From Fibrobacteria bacterium (GTDB taxonomy: Bacteria > Fibrobacterota > Chitinivibrionia > Chitinivibrionales > FEN-1185), in assembly GCA_037447435.1 (NCBI GenBank), contig JBBIGR010000016.1, positions 30,502 to 94,501 on the forward strand: DNA of 64,000 nucleotides, in the 5' to 3' direction. Positions 9,057 through 19,601 of the stretch are shown one piece after another. The notes under the pieces are model-generated. The model saw only the letters and a list, made by a program, of their open reading frames with translations, made no database searches and had not been told where the DNA came from. Made by a program: the position numbers and the translations under genes. Position 1 is the first letter of the stretch. Each line of letters starts with the position of its first letter.

Positions 9057-11789
9057 ATGACAGCCGCTTCATCCCAATCGCCGCAAGACTCGCTCACCCC
9101 GCTTATGCGGCAGTATAATTCCATCAAAGACAAAAACCCGGAAACCGTGCTTCTCTATCGTATGGGCGATTTTTACGAAATGTTCAACGACGATGCGAAA
9201 ATCGCGTCCAAGGTCCTTGGTCTTACCTTGACGTCACGGAATCACGGCAGCGCCGAAGACGTTCCCTTGGCCGGTTTTCCCTATCATGCGCTCGACCGCT
9301 ACGCGAACAAGCTTGTCCGCGCGGGCCATAAAATAGCGATATGCGAACAAACCGAAGATCCGAAGACGGCAAAGGGAATTGTCAAACGCGACATCATCGA
9401 GGTGATAACCGCGGGAACGGCGACCGAAGATAATTTCATCGAGGAAAAAAGCAATAATTTCATCGTGGCCATCGTGCCTTCTTCGGCACGCGAAAACCCG
9501 GCCGCAAAACCGCAAACCGATGCCGCCGATGCGGCGTGGGGTTTTGCGATTTGCGACTTGTCGACCGGCCGTTTCGAGGTCGAACAATTGGCGGAAAAAA
9601 ACATCGTCGAAGAACTCGTCCGCATCGATCCGTCGGAAATCGTTTGCAGCGATTCCGAAAACAACCCGCTTTTGCCGATCGTCGCGCAGCACATGAGAAA
9701 CGTCGTGCTTTCCAAATACGACTCATGGAAATTTTCCTATGAAAACGCGGCGCAATGTTTACAAAATCATTTCGGCGTTCTTTCTTTATCGGGACTGGGC
9801 CTGGAATCATTTTCAAGCGGCACCTGCGCCGCGGGCGGATTGCTTCTGTACCTCAAGGAACAAAAGCGGAACGATTTGAAACATATCACCACGCTTATTC
9901 CGCGTTCCCTGTCCGAATTTGCGGACCTCGATCCGTCTACGATTCGCAACCTCGAATTACTCCGGCCCATGCATTCCGACGATTCGGGCGGTACTCTTTT
10001 ATCGGTACTCGACAAAACAAGCACGGCAATGGGCGGAAGGCTCATGCGCAGCTGGATAACGCATCCGCTTAAAAATGTCGACCATATCAATAAACGCCTG
10101 GATTGCGTCGCGTGGCTAAAGTCCGATGTTTTCGTGCGCGGCGAAACCGAACAATACCTGCGGCATGTCGCCGATCTCGAACGCCTCATCGGCCGCATAA
10201 CCTTTGAACGCGCAAACGGGCGCGACGTCGTGGCGCTCGCGCGCTCCTGCGAAATATTCCCCAAGATCATCAAACTGCTCATGGCGTCGCCGTGCGAACC
10301 GATCGGGCGGATTTGCAACGCCCTCGACGGCTTTGAAGAAACCGTTGCATCGATAAAGAACCTGATCGTGGACAGTCCGCCTTTGTCAATTAAGGAAGGC
10401 GGGTTGATAAAGCCGGGGATCAGCGCCGAACTCGATGAAATAAAAAGTGCGTCCGTCAACGGGAAGCAGTGGATCGCGGCCCTGCAGGAGTCGGAACGGA
10501 AACGGACCGGCATCGGGTCCCTCAAAGTCGGGTATAACAGGGTGTTCGGGTATTACATCGAAATCTCGAAAGCGAATTCAACGTCCGTTCCCGAAGATTA
10601 CATCCGCAAACAGACGCTTGTCAATGGCGAGCGGTTCATAACGCCGGAACTAAAGGAAATGGAATCCAAGATCCTGGGGGCCGAGGAGAAATCCGCCACG
10701 CTCGAATACGAACTTTTCCTGAAACTGCGCTCGTCGATAGCCGCGCAATGCGTTCGCATTCAAAAGGCGGGATCGGCAATCGCCATGCTCGACGCGTTTG
10801 TTTCCTTGTCGCGCGTTGCGGCGGAAAACCTGTACTGTCGTCCCATTTTAAATACCAAATCCGATATGATCATCAAAGACGGCAGGCATCCGGTCGTCGA
10901 ACGCATGATCGGCGCAGGAGAACAATTCGTACCAAACGACACTGAGATCAAGGCCGATTCATCGCAAATACTGCTCATTACCGGACCCAACATGGCGGGA
11001 AAATCGACGTATCTTCGCCAGAATGCGCTGATCGCGTTGATGGCGCAAATGGGTTCATTCGTCCCTGCCGCAGCCGCGGAAATAGGAATTGTCGATAAAT
11101 TCTATACCCGGGTCGGCGCCTCCGATCGTCTGGCCCGCGGGCAAAGTACGTTTTTAGTGGAAATGATCGAAGTTGCCGACATTCTCAATAACGCGACCGA
11201 CAAAAGCTTCGTGTTGCTTGACGAAGTAGGACGCGGCACTTCCACGTTCGACGGTATCAGTATAGCCTGGGCCGTGGCCGAATACCTCCACGAAACAACG
11301 GGGCACAAAAGCCGAACGGTATTTGCGACGCATTATCATGAACTCACGGAACTTGCCCTGCTGCTGCCGCGCATAAAAAATTTACATATTAAAGTCAAGG
11401 AATGGAACGACCGGATCATTTTCCTGAGAAAAATCGACGACGGCAGTTGCGATCATTCATATGGAATACAGGTTGCGCGCTTGGCGGGAGTCCCGAAATC
11501 CGTTATTATCCGGGCAAAGGAAATCCTTGCCAATCTGGAAAATATGGAACTTACGCCGGACCATAAACCGGTTCTTGCGCGGCATCCGAGCGAAAAAGCC
11601 GCAAAAAGCAATGGGAAGCAAATCGATTTATTCGCATCCGACGACGGCGTGCAACTCAATATGATCGATTCGCTCAAAGGCGAAATTTTGCAGGAACTTT
11701 TACATTTAGATGTCAATCATCTCACGCCGCTGGACGCATTGAATGTGCTTTCCGAGCTTGCAAAAAAAGCGGGAAACAGTGCGGGTTAA
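9057..11789 (+). CDS. mutS: DNA mismatch repair protein MutS
   Basis: TPLMRQY, RMGDFYEMF, ITGPNMAGKST, STFLVEM, DEVGRGTS, SYGIQVA. Confidence 0.98.
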   Translation: MTAASSQSPQDSLTPLMRQYNSIKDKNPETVLLYRMGDFYEMFNDDAKIASKVLGLTLTSRNHGSAEDVPLAGFPYHALDRYANKLVRAGHKIAICEQTEDPKTAKGIVKRDIIEVITAGTATEDNFIEEKSNNFIVAIVPSSARENPAAKPQTDAADAAWGFAICDLSTGRFEVEQLAEKNIVEELVRIDPSEIVCSDSENNPLLPIVAQHMRNVVLSKYDSWKFSYENAAQCLQNHFGVLSLSGLGLESFSSGTCAAGGLLLYLKEQKRNDLKHITTLIPRSLSEFADLDPSTIRNLELLRPMHSDDSGGTLLSVLDKTSTAMGGRLMRSWITHPLKNVDHINKRLDCVAWLKSDVFVRGETEQYLRHVADLERLIGRITFERANGRDVVALARSCEIFPKIIKLLMASPCEPIGRICNALDGFEETVASIKNLIVDSPPLSIKEGGLIKPGISAELDEIKSASVNGKQWIAALQESERKRTGIGSLKVGYNRVFGYYIEISKANSTSVPEDYIRKQTLVNGERFITPELKEMESKILGAEEKSATLEYELFLKLRSSIAAQCVRIQKAGSAIAMLDAFVSLSRVAAENLYCRPILNTKSDMIIKDGRHPVVERMIGAGEQFVPNDTEIKADSSQILLITGPNMAGKSTYLRQNALIALMAQMGSFVPAAAAEIGIVDKFYTRVGASDRLARGQSTFLVEMIEVADILNNATDKSFVLLDEVGRGTSTFDGISIAWAVAEYLHETTGHKSRTVFATHYHELTELALLLPRIKNLHIKVKEWNDRIIFLRKIDDGSCDHSYGIQVARLAGVPKSVIIRAKEILANLENMELTPDHKPVLARHPSEKAAKSNGKQIDLFASDDGVQLNMIDSLKGEILQELLHLDVNHLTPLDALNVLSELAKKAGNSAG

Positions 11790-14700
11790 GGCGAAGAAAA
11801 AGTTATGAGCGTGCTGCCGGGTTTCTGGTTTTCATAACACAATTTAAAGTAACTCGGACTCAATGCTTTGTTGCAAATTCTGGCTTCGTCTATGCTTCCG
11901 TTGAAACTTTCCTGCGGCCGTAAAGACCAATCGCCCATGGTAAAGGGCGTCGTACTGGTTTGAAAGATGCCGGGATGAGAAACCGCGGATACTTTTGTCC
12001 CATTAACATATAAAGACGCCGTGTCCCCGTTATACGTGCTTGCCAGGTAGGTCCAGGTATTGATAGGCAGCGCCGCGGGACTCACGGCCGTTACGGTGTC
12101 CCCATCCCTGAAGCTTATTTTTATCTGGGTCTTTGCAGGATAATTTCCAATTGTTTCCAACGAAAATACGACAAAAGGGGATATGTAGGATTGCATTCCT
12201 TTCACAAGAATTTTTGACCATTGCCCATACGAAATCGGGTATACCCAGGCGCTCATCGACATCGTTGTTGTCAACGGAGGGTTTCCGAGGGAGATATAAT
12301 TATTTTTGGTAAAGCTATCGGCGTAGGCTATGACTCCTTTGCTTTGTATAAAGTCTACGAGGCCCGAGCCGCCCGTGCCGGCATACTTGGATTGCGCCGA
12401 ATTTGCGTTTGAGTTTTTTGCAGCGTCCGAACAATGCCAAACGCCCTGATAACCAAGGGCGGTATCAAAAACCGCAGTACCGTTTTGCCCGTTGATGCCG
12501 GATTTATTTCCCCAGGAAATTCGCAAATAGTTGACATTGCTGTTTGCGTAAATGGTGTCGGCAAGCACCCAAACGGCGGCAGCACCGGCGGCACTGTCCC
12601 AAAATTCGATTTCAAAAGGCAAAGCGGTTCCGTCTAATTTGGTAAACCTGATATCGCTGCCGGTTTTGGTGGAAGAATCGAAGGAGAAATTCGTTTTATC
12701 AAGCCGGACCAGCAGCGGAAATTTTACGACGTTCTCGTAAATTTGTATGCCGCCCACCGACGTATTCAAGGTCAGGGTTTTTCCCGCAGTCGAGACATAA
12801 GAGATGAAAAATGTGGCCGAATCGGAATGAAGCGCTTTGTCCGTGACGATGATGCGCACGGTGTCCTTCAGTTTCGCGGTTGCGGATTTCGGATTTAAAA
12901 TCACCATGAATTTCCGGGTGTCGTCTATGCCGATTACGGATTGGCTTTGCGGCCATCGTATCGTCGCGGTAAGTTGTTCCGCATAAACGGGATCCGGATC
13001 ATTGACGCTGACAAACAGGGTTTCCGGCTTTGTCGTGCGCGATAAATCCAGCTCGTTTTTATCGGTAAACGGAATCGCATACGTTACCTGAATTTTACAC
13101 GGCCGGTTCGGCGGTACGACCAGGATTGTCGACTCCACGGTGTCGCCGCGTCCGTATTTGTCTGCCATCGTGATCCATATATCGACCACCCCGGTGTCGC
13201 TCATCGTCGGAACCCATTGCAGCCGACGCTCGGTTTTATTGACAAGGGGCTTTGTCAATTGGCGGTCGCCCGACGTTGTATTGACAAGAAAGGTAATCGG
13301 GTCGCTTGCCGTGTCTTTGGGCTGTACCAGCAATAAATTCAAAGTGTCTTTTCCAACCTCAAGAACCTTTGGAATACTATCGACCGAAAAAGCGAATCGT
13401 GTGGGCGGCGGCAATGTCGTTGCTTTCATGACAAGACATTTTACCGTATAGGGCACGTATTCGTAACCGTCGGTAAGGGTGAAGATAAGGGTTTGGACGC
13501 CGGTATCTTTTTCCTGGGGGACCCAGGTGAAACTGTTTTTACCCGCAATGTTCGAAAATCCCGATAGCGAAGGGAGAATCAACGAGATTTTATCGTCGGG
13601 ATCGGGATCGATTCCCTGATAGGTGTAAACGCCGAGTTGATTGGTAATGACATACGCAGGAATATTCGGATAACTGAAAAATTGGGGCGGATGGTTGATT
13701 TTCACAATTATCAGTTGCGTCGTTTTATTATGATTTTTGTCAAAAGCCGATATTTCGATGGAGTCGGTCCGGCTGACGCCGTTCAATTGCGCTATGTCGT
13801 ACCAAATCAAACCGGGCGCATCCGTCGATACCGGCAATTTCACACGGTTCACGGTGACGCTGTCGACGCTGGACGCTTCATCGTAGGCAATAATCCGGAT
13901 CGATGCATTGTCGAGGGGCGTATATATGACGGACTGGCTTTTATCTATAATTTTATCATTCATGAAAATCTGCATCGCCGGCCCGATCGTGTCCACCTGG
14001 TTTTTGTTGTAAATGATAGTCAGCGAATCGAAGCCGATCGTGTCGGTTTTAAGGAATTGGGAAAGGACAGTGATCTTGTTCGTGTCGCTTGTCAATGAGC
14101 AGGGCATGGACCAATGTACCGGGGAACCGATGCCCGAATTCGGTGCAACCACGACGGTATCGACGGTATTTGACCGGGTACCGTTCATCCAAAGCTTCAC
14201 CATTGCCTTTGCCGTATCGGGAGTAAAATTTTCAAAATAGCCGAGTATGGTTTTGTCTTTTACCGAGCTGGTTGTGGTACTCCGCGAAGGAGGGCTTGAA
14301 ATATAAAAGTTAATACCGCTTCCCTTTCCGACCGAAGGATCGAAACTGAGGTAATACGTTTTATAAGACGTGTCCCGCGAACCGGTGTTTGCGACCGCTT
14401 TGACCAAATAGGGATGCGGCGTTTTATATGTTTCCATATTGTCTATTATTTTCACGAATTGGGAACCTTGTGAAATCGAAAAGGGAGCGTTATTTACAAA
14501 TGCGGTAAAATTAGGGGCTAAAAGAGCGCTGTCCGAAATCGAAATTTGCAAATAAAAAACGGAATCGGCGGTTATGATTATGCTGTCGTTTCGAACCCGG
14601 TTGCCGCATTTGATGATCGGATGGAATGTGTCTTGCAATGTCGGAAAGAAACGGTATACGGGCGATTTATGGTTTCCGTCGAGATCGGAAACCCAAAGTT

Positions 14701-15289
14701 GTCCCGAATCGGAAAGCGGTTGGGTATACAGGACCTTGAACGTCGTGTCCGGGTTGGGAGAAACAATAATGGTATTGTTGCCGAGATCCCAATGATACAT
14801 GACGTCGTTGTCCGAAACCTTCGCTGTCGAAAGGGTAATAGATTTGCCGTAACAACCGACGACCGGCCGCGGCAAAAGCGGGGATTTGCAAAACAGGGAA
14901 TATTCCGTGACGATTTTTTCTATGCCGTGACGATAGGTCGTTATCTCAATTTCCATTGTTCCGGTGTCGCAAAAAGAAAATAAAAACGAATACGGTTTTG
15001 CGGGCAGCATGGTTTCGTTTGAATCCGGTTTTAAGGAAACGATGTCGTGTGCACGCCGGTTTTGTTTTGCCACGCAGGTAATGGAATCGACAAGCTCGCG
15101 TACTTCGACCTTGAGCGAAAGAGTTTCCGTTGCAAATATGTTGACGGTATCGAAATTCTTAAAGGATACGGAAAAAACGGAAGCCCGCGCATTGGCCGGA
15201 TCGGTAAACGGGTTGTAATCGCGGGTGCATACGCATATGGAAAGGAGCGCAATGACCGAAAAAATAAAAATATGTTTAACTTGGTTCAT
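11786..15289 (-). CDS. Large exported or lipid-anchored protein with Ig/cadherin-like repeats, DUF2341 and a C-terminal LamG/ConA-like domain
   Basis: Signal peptide with Cys; NHPP..DPD and FTWVP..DTG repeats; FPLLVRL..GSDIRFT..LPFEIEFWD..AVWV; SAWV..WTYLASTY..LYVNG..FNGSIDEARI. Confidence 0.8.
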   Translation of the reverse strand: MNQVKHIFIFSVIALLSICVCTRDYNPFTDPANARASVFSVSFKNFDTVNIFATETLSLKVEVRELVDSITCVAKQNRRAHDIVSLKPDSNETMLPAKPYSFLFSFCDTGTMEIEITTYRHGIEKIVTEYSLFCKSPLLPRPVVGCYGKSITLSTAKVSDNDVMYHWDLGNNTIIVSPNPDTTFKVLYTQPLSDSGQLWVSDLDGNHKSPVYRFFPTLQDTFHPIIKCGNRVRNDSIIITADSVFYLQISISDSALLAPNFTAFVNNAPFSISQGSQFVKIIDNMETYKTPHPYLVKAVANTGSRDTSYKTYYLSFDPSVGKGSGINFYISSPPSRSTTTSSVKDKTILGYFENFTPDTAKAMVKLWMNGTRSNTVDTVVVAPNSGIGSPVHWSMPCSLTSDTNKITVLSQFLKTDTIGFDSLTIIYNKNQVDTIGPAMQIFMNDKIIDKSQSVIYTPLDNASIRIIAYDEASSVDSVTVNRVKLPVSTDAPGLIWYDIAQLNGVSRTDSIEISAFDKNHNKTTQLIIVKINHPPQFFSYPNIPAYVITNQLGVYTYQGIDPDPDDKISLILPSLSGFSNIAGKNSFTWVPQEKDTGVQTLIFTLTDGYEYVPYTVKCLVMKATTLPPPTRFAFSVDSIPKVLEVGKDTLNLLLVQPKDTASDPITFLVNTTSGDRQLTKPLVNKTERRLQWVPTMSDTGVVDIWITMADKYGRGDTVESTILVVPPNRPCKIQVTYAIPFTDKNELDLSRTTKPETLFVSVNDPDPVYAEQLTATIRWPQSQSVIGIDDTRKFMVILNPKSATAKLKDTVRIIVTDKALHSDSATFFISYVSTAGKTLTLNTSVGGIQIYENVVKFPLLVRLDKTNFSFDSSTKTGSDIRFTKLDGTALPFEIEFWDSAAGAAAVWVLADTIYANSNVNYLRISWGNKSGINGQNGTAVFDTALGYQGVWHCSDAAKNSNANSAQSKYAGTGGSGLVDFIQSKGVIAYADSFTKNNYISLGNPPLTTTMSMSAWVYPISYGQWSKILVKGMQSYISPFVVFSLETIGNYPAKTQIKISFRDGDTVTAVSPAALPINTWTYLASTYNGDTASLYVNGTKVSAVSHPGIFQTSTTPFTMGDWSLRPQESFNGSIDEARICNKALSPSYFKLCYENQKPGSTLITFSSP

Positions 15290-15316
15290 TGTAACTTGCT
15301 ATTTGTTAACAAATCG

Positions 15317-16228
15317 TTAATATCTGAACGACCAGCAAAATTCAAATGCGCCTAAAAGGCCGATGGCGTAGCCGACGATCATTCCGGTCATATCGTTATT
15401 CAGTTTTTTCATTGCGTCGCTATGGTTAACGCTCAACGAATTCACCCTGTCTGCATCGATTGCTTTCAGATTGTCGTTGGCGCTGCTTGTCTGAATGGAA
15501 TAAATCGCCCCAAAAGCGCTTCCGATGAAAAACACGGCCAAACCGCCGAACCGGTAGGTGTTTCTTTTAAAAGAATCCGGGTCAGAGAGAATTTTCGCCG
15601 GCACGCCGTCGACGGTCGCATTCTTTCGGGAAAGCGAGTACGAAAACGGTCCGGCGGTAACGGTCTGCGGCATGCCTTCGATTGTGAGGTTGGCCCTGCC
15701 GTTATCGTGGAATTGGCTATTGATAATCCTGATGAACTTGGTCAGGGTATTGATACCGTACACGGAATAGGATATTTCCATATTTTGAATGTCGGTGCCG
15801 ATTGCATCGTCGTGAATGAAAATACCGTTCCAATCGTAGGGGTTTGGGTTCATTGCCGCTTCGGTATTGAAGCGACGGTCATTTTCGGAAGAAAATACGA
15901 CGGGCTTTTCCATCGTTCCGCCAACGGTAAGAGTTCCTTGCACATGCAGTCCGGTAAAATTCTTAAATAGCAAAACCGTGCCCGCGGTGATGACGACCGA
16001 TTTTCCCGCAGGCACGTAAATGTCGGAATTGATCAGGTACGGGCCTTTTTCCGCCCGAACGGTATCCGGCAAGTCGCCGACCAATACGGCGAATTTTAAT
16101 TGGCCGCAAAAGGCAATAGAAAAAAAAACGAGTATGACACTCGCAATTTTAACTCCGAACTCCCTCCTTCGCTTTGGCTTGGGAGGAGTTTTTACTGCGG
16201 TATAGTTGCCAATACGTGTGGAAATCAT
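15317..16228 (-). CDS. Membrane-anchored protein with a right-handed beta-helix-like domain
   Basis: N-terminal TM, GPYLI.SDI.VP.G..V.I.AGT.L.F..L.V.GTL..GT..PVVFSS..W.GI pattern, two C-terminal TMs. Confidence 0.65.
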   Translation of the reverse strand: MISTRIGNYTAVKTPPKPKRRREFGVKIASVILVFFSIAFCGQLKFAVLVGDLPDTVRAEKGPYLINSDIYVPAGKSVVITAGTVLLFKNFTGLHVQGTLTVGGTMEKPVVFSSENDRRFNTEAAMNPNPYDWNGIFIHDDAIGTDIQNMEISYSVYGINTLTKFIRIINSQFHDNGRANLTIEGMPQTVTAGPFSYSLSRKNATVDGVPAKILSDPDSFKRNTYRFGGLAVFFIGSAFGAIYSIQTSSANDNLKAIDADRVNSLSVNHSDAMKKLNNDMTGMIVGYAIGLLGAFEFCWSFRY

Positions 16229-18087
16229 CCTTTGATCTCTTTTCCCTTTTCACCGATTCTCTGCATTTCGAGTACCGCTTTTTGGAAATAATTGTGTTCC
16301 GGTGTTGTTCGGAAAAGCAATTTCACTTCAAACCAACTGTCAAGCGCGTTCTTCATTGTCGCCTGGCTGGGATGGCTATCGAATTCTTTGCCGTAGCATA
16401 ACGCTTTGTAATACAGCATTTCCTGACGGAGTGTGGCATTGTTTAAAAAATCGCAACGCGTTTTGGAAGCCATGTCCAAATAAGAAAGGCATTTTATGGA
16501 ATTGTTTTCTCGAAACGATTGCCGGGCTTTTATGAGAAAAAATTCTCCGTCTTCAACGGACTGCGTTGAAAGCACTAAAGAAACGGCCGAATAATTTTGA
16601 ATCGATTCGAGCATTCGCAATTGGAACAAAATCACGCTTTTTTGCGATTTTTGCCCTAAAGAAAGCAGCATGAAAACTTTTTGCGCCTGCTGCAGGTGGC
16701 CGGCTTTGACTTCGCGAATAAATATTTCAGCCAAATCGTCGGTGCCGTATTGCTGTTTCAAATCGGATAAAAAAAGATCGCCGGCAGGGGGTTTTTTGTC
16801 GTCGATTTTTTCCTGCGGAGCCTTTAACAAAGTTGCCGTTACGGAAGAGAGCTTGGCTTTTTGAGGTTTAACCGCCTCTGGTTTTTGCGCTTTTTCCTGC
16901 TTTACCTGCGAAATATTCGGTTCATTTATCACGACCACAGGTTCGGGTGTTTTTTTATGTGCATGGCTTTTGACCTGACGGATAAACAGTATCGTGCAGG
17001 ATAAGAAAGCGACCGCGGCTAAAAATGAAACAGCTTGCTTTATAGGATATTGACGTTTTAATGAAACAACGGTTTTGGCATTGGATTCCGTGTTCATGAA
17101 GCTGCTCATGACGCTTTCGGGCGATAGCGACGTGACGCTTTTGTGGATTTTGGTGAGCTCTGCGACCATTTCCTCGGCGCTTGAGGGCCGTTTTTCACGG
17201 TCGCGGTTCATGCATTTTTGAATCAGTCGCTTGAGGCGCGCAGGGATGCGTACGGCAAACGAATCGAGCGGTCTGTATTCGTTTTTGATCTTATGCATCA
17301 TCAGCGTGGATATATTGCTTTCAGGGAACGCTTTCGTACCGGTAATCGATTCGTACAATACGGCGGAAAGCGAGTAAATGTCGGTGCGTATGTCGGCCGA
17401 TTTTCCTTCCAAAAGCTCGGGCGAAAGATATTGCATTGTTCCAAGCACCGAAGAATTGTCCGTCGTATGTATGGAGGCGTCGATGGGGCGTGCAACGCCG
17501 AAATCCATCAATTTGACAACGCCGGAATTGGAGACCATAATATTATTGGGTTTTAAATCCCTGTGAATGATGCCGTGATATGTTTGGCCATAAAGGGTGT
17601 ATTCGTGATTGTGGGCATAGGAGAGCGCCCTGCCGATCAGGATGCCGATAGAGGTACAAACCTCAACGGGTAAACCGCCGCGATCGGTTATAAGTTTATC
17701 GACAGTGCATCCGTCTACTTTTTCCATCTCGATATACGGCAAGGCGTTCCATTCGCCGACCGCATGGATTTCAACGATATTCGGATGATTAAGCTTGGCA
17801 GTGATTTTTATTTCGGTTTCGAACCGTTGTTTGGAATCCAGGGAATAATTAGGGTGCAATAATTTAACGGCCCGTTTCACTTCGAGATGGGAATTCCAAA
17901 TTTCATATACATTGGACATTCCGCCGATTCCGAGAATGGAGGTAATGGTTCCTGAACCAAGGGGTAAAGGTTTGGTTCCATCAGGCAAAATAACGACATG
18001 AGGCACTTTTTTTAACGTAAAGGCGCCATTATTTTCCGTCTTTTTTAACGGTGTTTTTCGTGTATCGCTATTATCCATTGAAACCAA
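16225..18087 (-). CDS. Hanks-type Ser/Thr protein kinase with TM helix and extracytoplasmic helical domain
   Basis: GIGGMSNVY, AVK, HRDLKPNN, DFG, GTMQYLSPE; TM near residue 355. Confidence 0.92.
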   Translation of the reverse strand: MVSMDNSDTRKTPLKKTENNGAFTLKKVPHVVILPDGTKPLPLGSGTITSILGIGGMSNVYEIWNSHLEVKRAVKLLHPNYSLDSKQRFETEIKITAKLNHPNIVEIHAVGEWNALPYIEMEKVDGCTVDKLITDRGGLPVEVCTSIGILIGRALSYAHNHEYTLYGQTYHGIIHRDLKPNNIMVSNSGVVKLMDFGVARPIDASIHTTDNSSVLGTMQYLSPELLEGKSADIRTDIYSLSAVLYESITGTKAFPESNISTLMMHKIKNEYRPLDSFAVRIPARLKRLIQKCMNRDREKRPSSAEEMVAELTKIHKSVTSLSPESVMSSFMNTESNAKTVVSLKRQYPIKQAVSFLAAVAFLSCTILFIRQVKSHAHKKTPEPVVVINEPNISQVKQEKAQKPEAVKPQKAKLSSVTATLLKAPQEKIDDKKPPAGDLFLSDLKQQYGTDDLAEIFIREVKAGHLQQAQKVFMLLSLGQKSQKSVILFQLRMLESIQNYSAVSLVLSTQSVEDGEFFLIKARQSFRENNSIKCLSYLDMASKTRCDFLNNATLRQEMLYYKALCYGKEFDSHPSQATMKNALDSWFEVKLLFRTTPEHNYFQKAVLEMQRIGEKGKEIKG

Positions 18088-18332
18088 AAACGTAAAAAAT
18101 GGTGTAATGCTATAAAAAACAAAAACTTAAACAATATAGAGCCGGGCACAAAATTATGGCTTTTTTTTGAGAAAATAAACCATTATATATAATATTATAA
18201 ATATGGCTTTTTTTCAACCGAATTCCAAAGAATAAAACGGAAATACGCGCAATATTTTCGAATTAATCGAATAGCAAATGTTAAAAAAATAAAAAACAAA
18301 AATGAGGAAAAAAAAGCGGCCAAATTGAATGC

Positions 18333-18362
18333 TGTAGAGACGTAGCGTGCTACGTCTCTACA
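18333..18362. repeat. GTAG-type REP-like palindrome
   Basis: TGTAGAGACGTAGC-GT-GCTACGTCTCTACA, perfect 14-bp arms, just downstream of gmd. Confidence 0.75.
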
Positions 18363-18386
18363 TAAAGTGATATAACAATAGCAAAA

Positions 18387-19421
18387 TTATACGTTTATGG
18401 CGTCCCAATCCGCTTTAACCATAATTTCAACGAGTTTATCGAACGTAACTGCCGGAGTCCAGCCCAATTTGTTTTTTGCTTTAGCAGGATTACCAAGCAA
18501 TAAATCAACTTCGGTCGGTCTATAATATTTGGGATCAACCCGAATAACTACTTTACCGCTTGCCTTGTCCGTACCGATTTCTTTTTCATTTTGACCGGAC
18601 CATGCAATATCCATATCCAAACAGGCAAAAGTTTTTTCCGCAAATTCACGGACAGAATGGGTTTCACCCGTTGCGATAACATAGTCGTCGGGGGAATCCT
18701 GTTGCAACATAAGCCACATGGCATTCACATAATCGGGCGCATAACCCCAATCCCGCTTCGAATTGAGGTTTCCAACATATAAACAATCTTTTTTACCCGC
18801 CTTAATGGCCGAGGCAGCCATCGTGATTTTACGGGTTACGAAATTTTCACCCCGTCGCGGAGATTCATGATTAAATAAAATGCCGTTGCTGGCATGGAGA
18901 TTGAATGCTTCTCTGTAATTGACCACAATCCAATATGCGTATTGTTTTGCAACGGCATACGGAGAACGGGGATAAAACGGCGTTGTTTCGCTTTGCGGCG
19001 TTTCCCGGACTTTTCCGTATAATTCGGACGTTGATGCTTGATAAAAGCGAGTATCGATGCCCGTGTCTTTAATCGCATCCAATATGCGCAATGTTCCGGT
19101 GGCGTCGACGTCGGCCGTATATTCCGGCACTTCAAAGGAAACCGCCACATGGGATTGAGCTGCAAGATTGTAAATTTCATGCGGCTTGACCTTTTCAAGC
19201 ACACGGTTCATGTTGCTTGAATCCGACATGTCGCCGTAATGCAAATAAAAATCGGTTTTTTTGTCATGCGAATCCCTAAACAAATGATCGATGCGTTTGC
19301 GGTTGAAATAGCTGGCGCGCCGAATCATTCCGTGGACTTCGTAGTTTTTTTCTAAAAGCAATTCGGCAAGATACGAGCCGTCTTGTCCCGTTACTCCTGT
19401 TATGAACGCGCGTCGTTTCAT
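18387..19421 (-). CDS. gmd: GDP-mannose 4,6-dehydratase
   Basis: [49 protein letters not shown]. Confidence 0.97.
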   Translation of the reverse strand: MKRRAFITGVTGQDGSYLAELLLEKNYEVHGMIRRASYFNRKRIDHLFRDSHDKKTDFYLHYGDMSDSSNMNRVLEKVKPHEIYNLAAQSHVAVSFEVPEYTADVDATGTLRILDAIKDTGIDTRFYQASTSELYGKVRETPQSETTPFYPRSPYAVAKQYAYWIVVNYREAFNLHASNGILFNHESPRRGENFVTRKITMAASAIKAGKKDCLYVGNLNSKRDWGYAPDYVNAMWLMLQQDSPDDYVIATGETHSVREFAEKTFACLDMDIAWSGQNEKEIGTDKASGKVVIRVDPKYYRPTEVDLLLGNPAKAKNKLGWTPAVTFDKLVEIMVKADWDAINV

Positions 19422-19601
19422 GGGTTCCTTTCAAAATCTTGTATTTGTCAATATTTCGATAAAAATCGGGATAATAATAAAAGAATGTTTGATTCCATTG
19501 CAATGCCAAGTATTTTTCACTTGAAGAAAATAATATAATATTTTATTGAACACGTTTAAGTAACTGGTTTAAATTCCGTTTACCGCAAACAAAAGTAAAA
19601 T

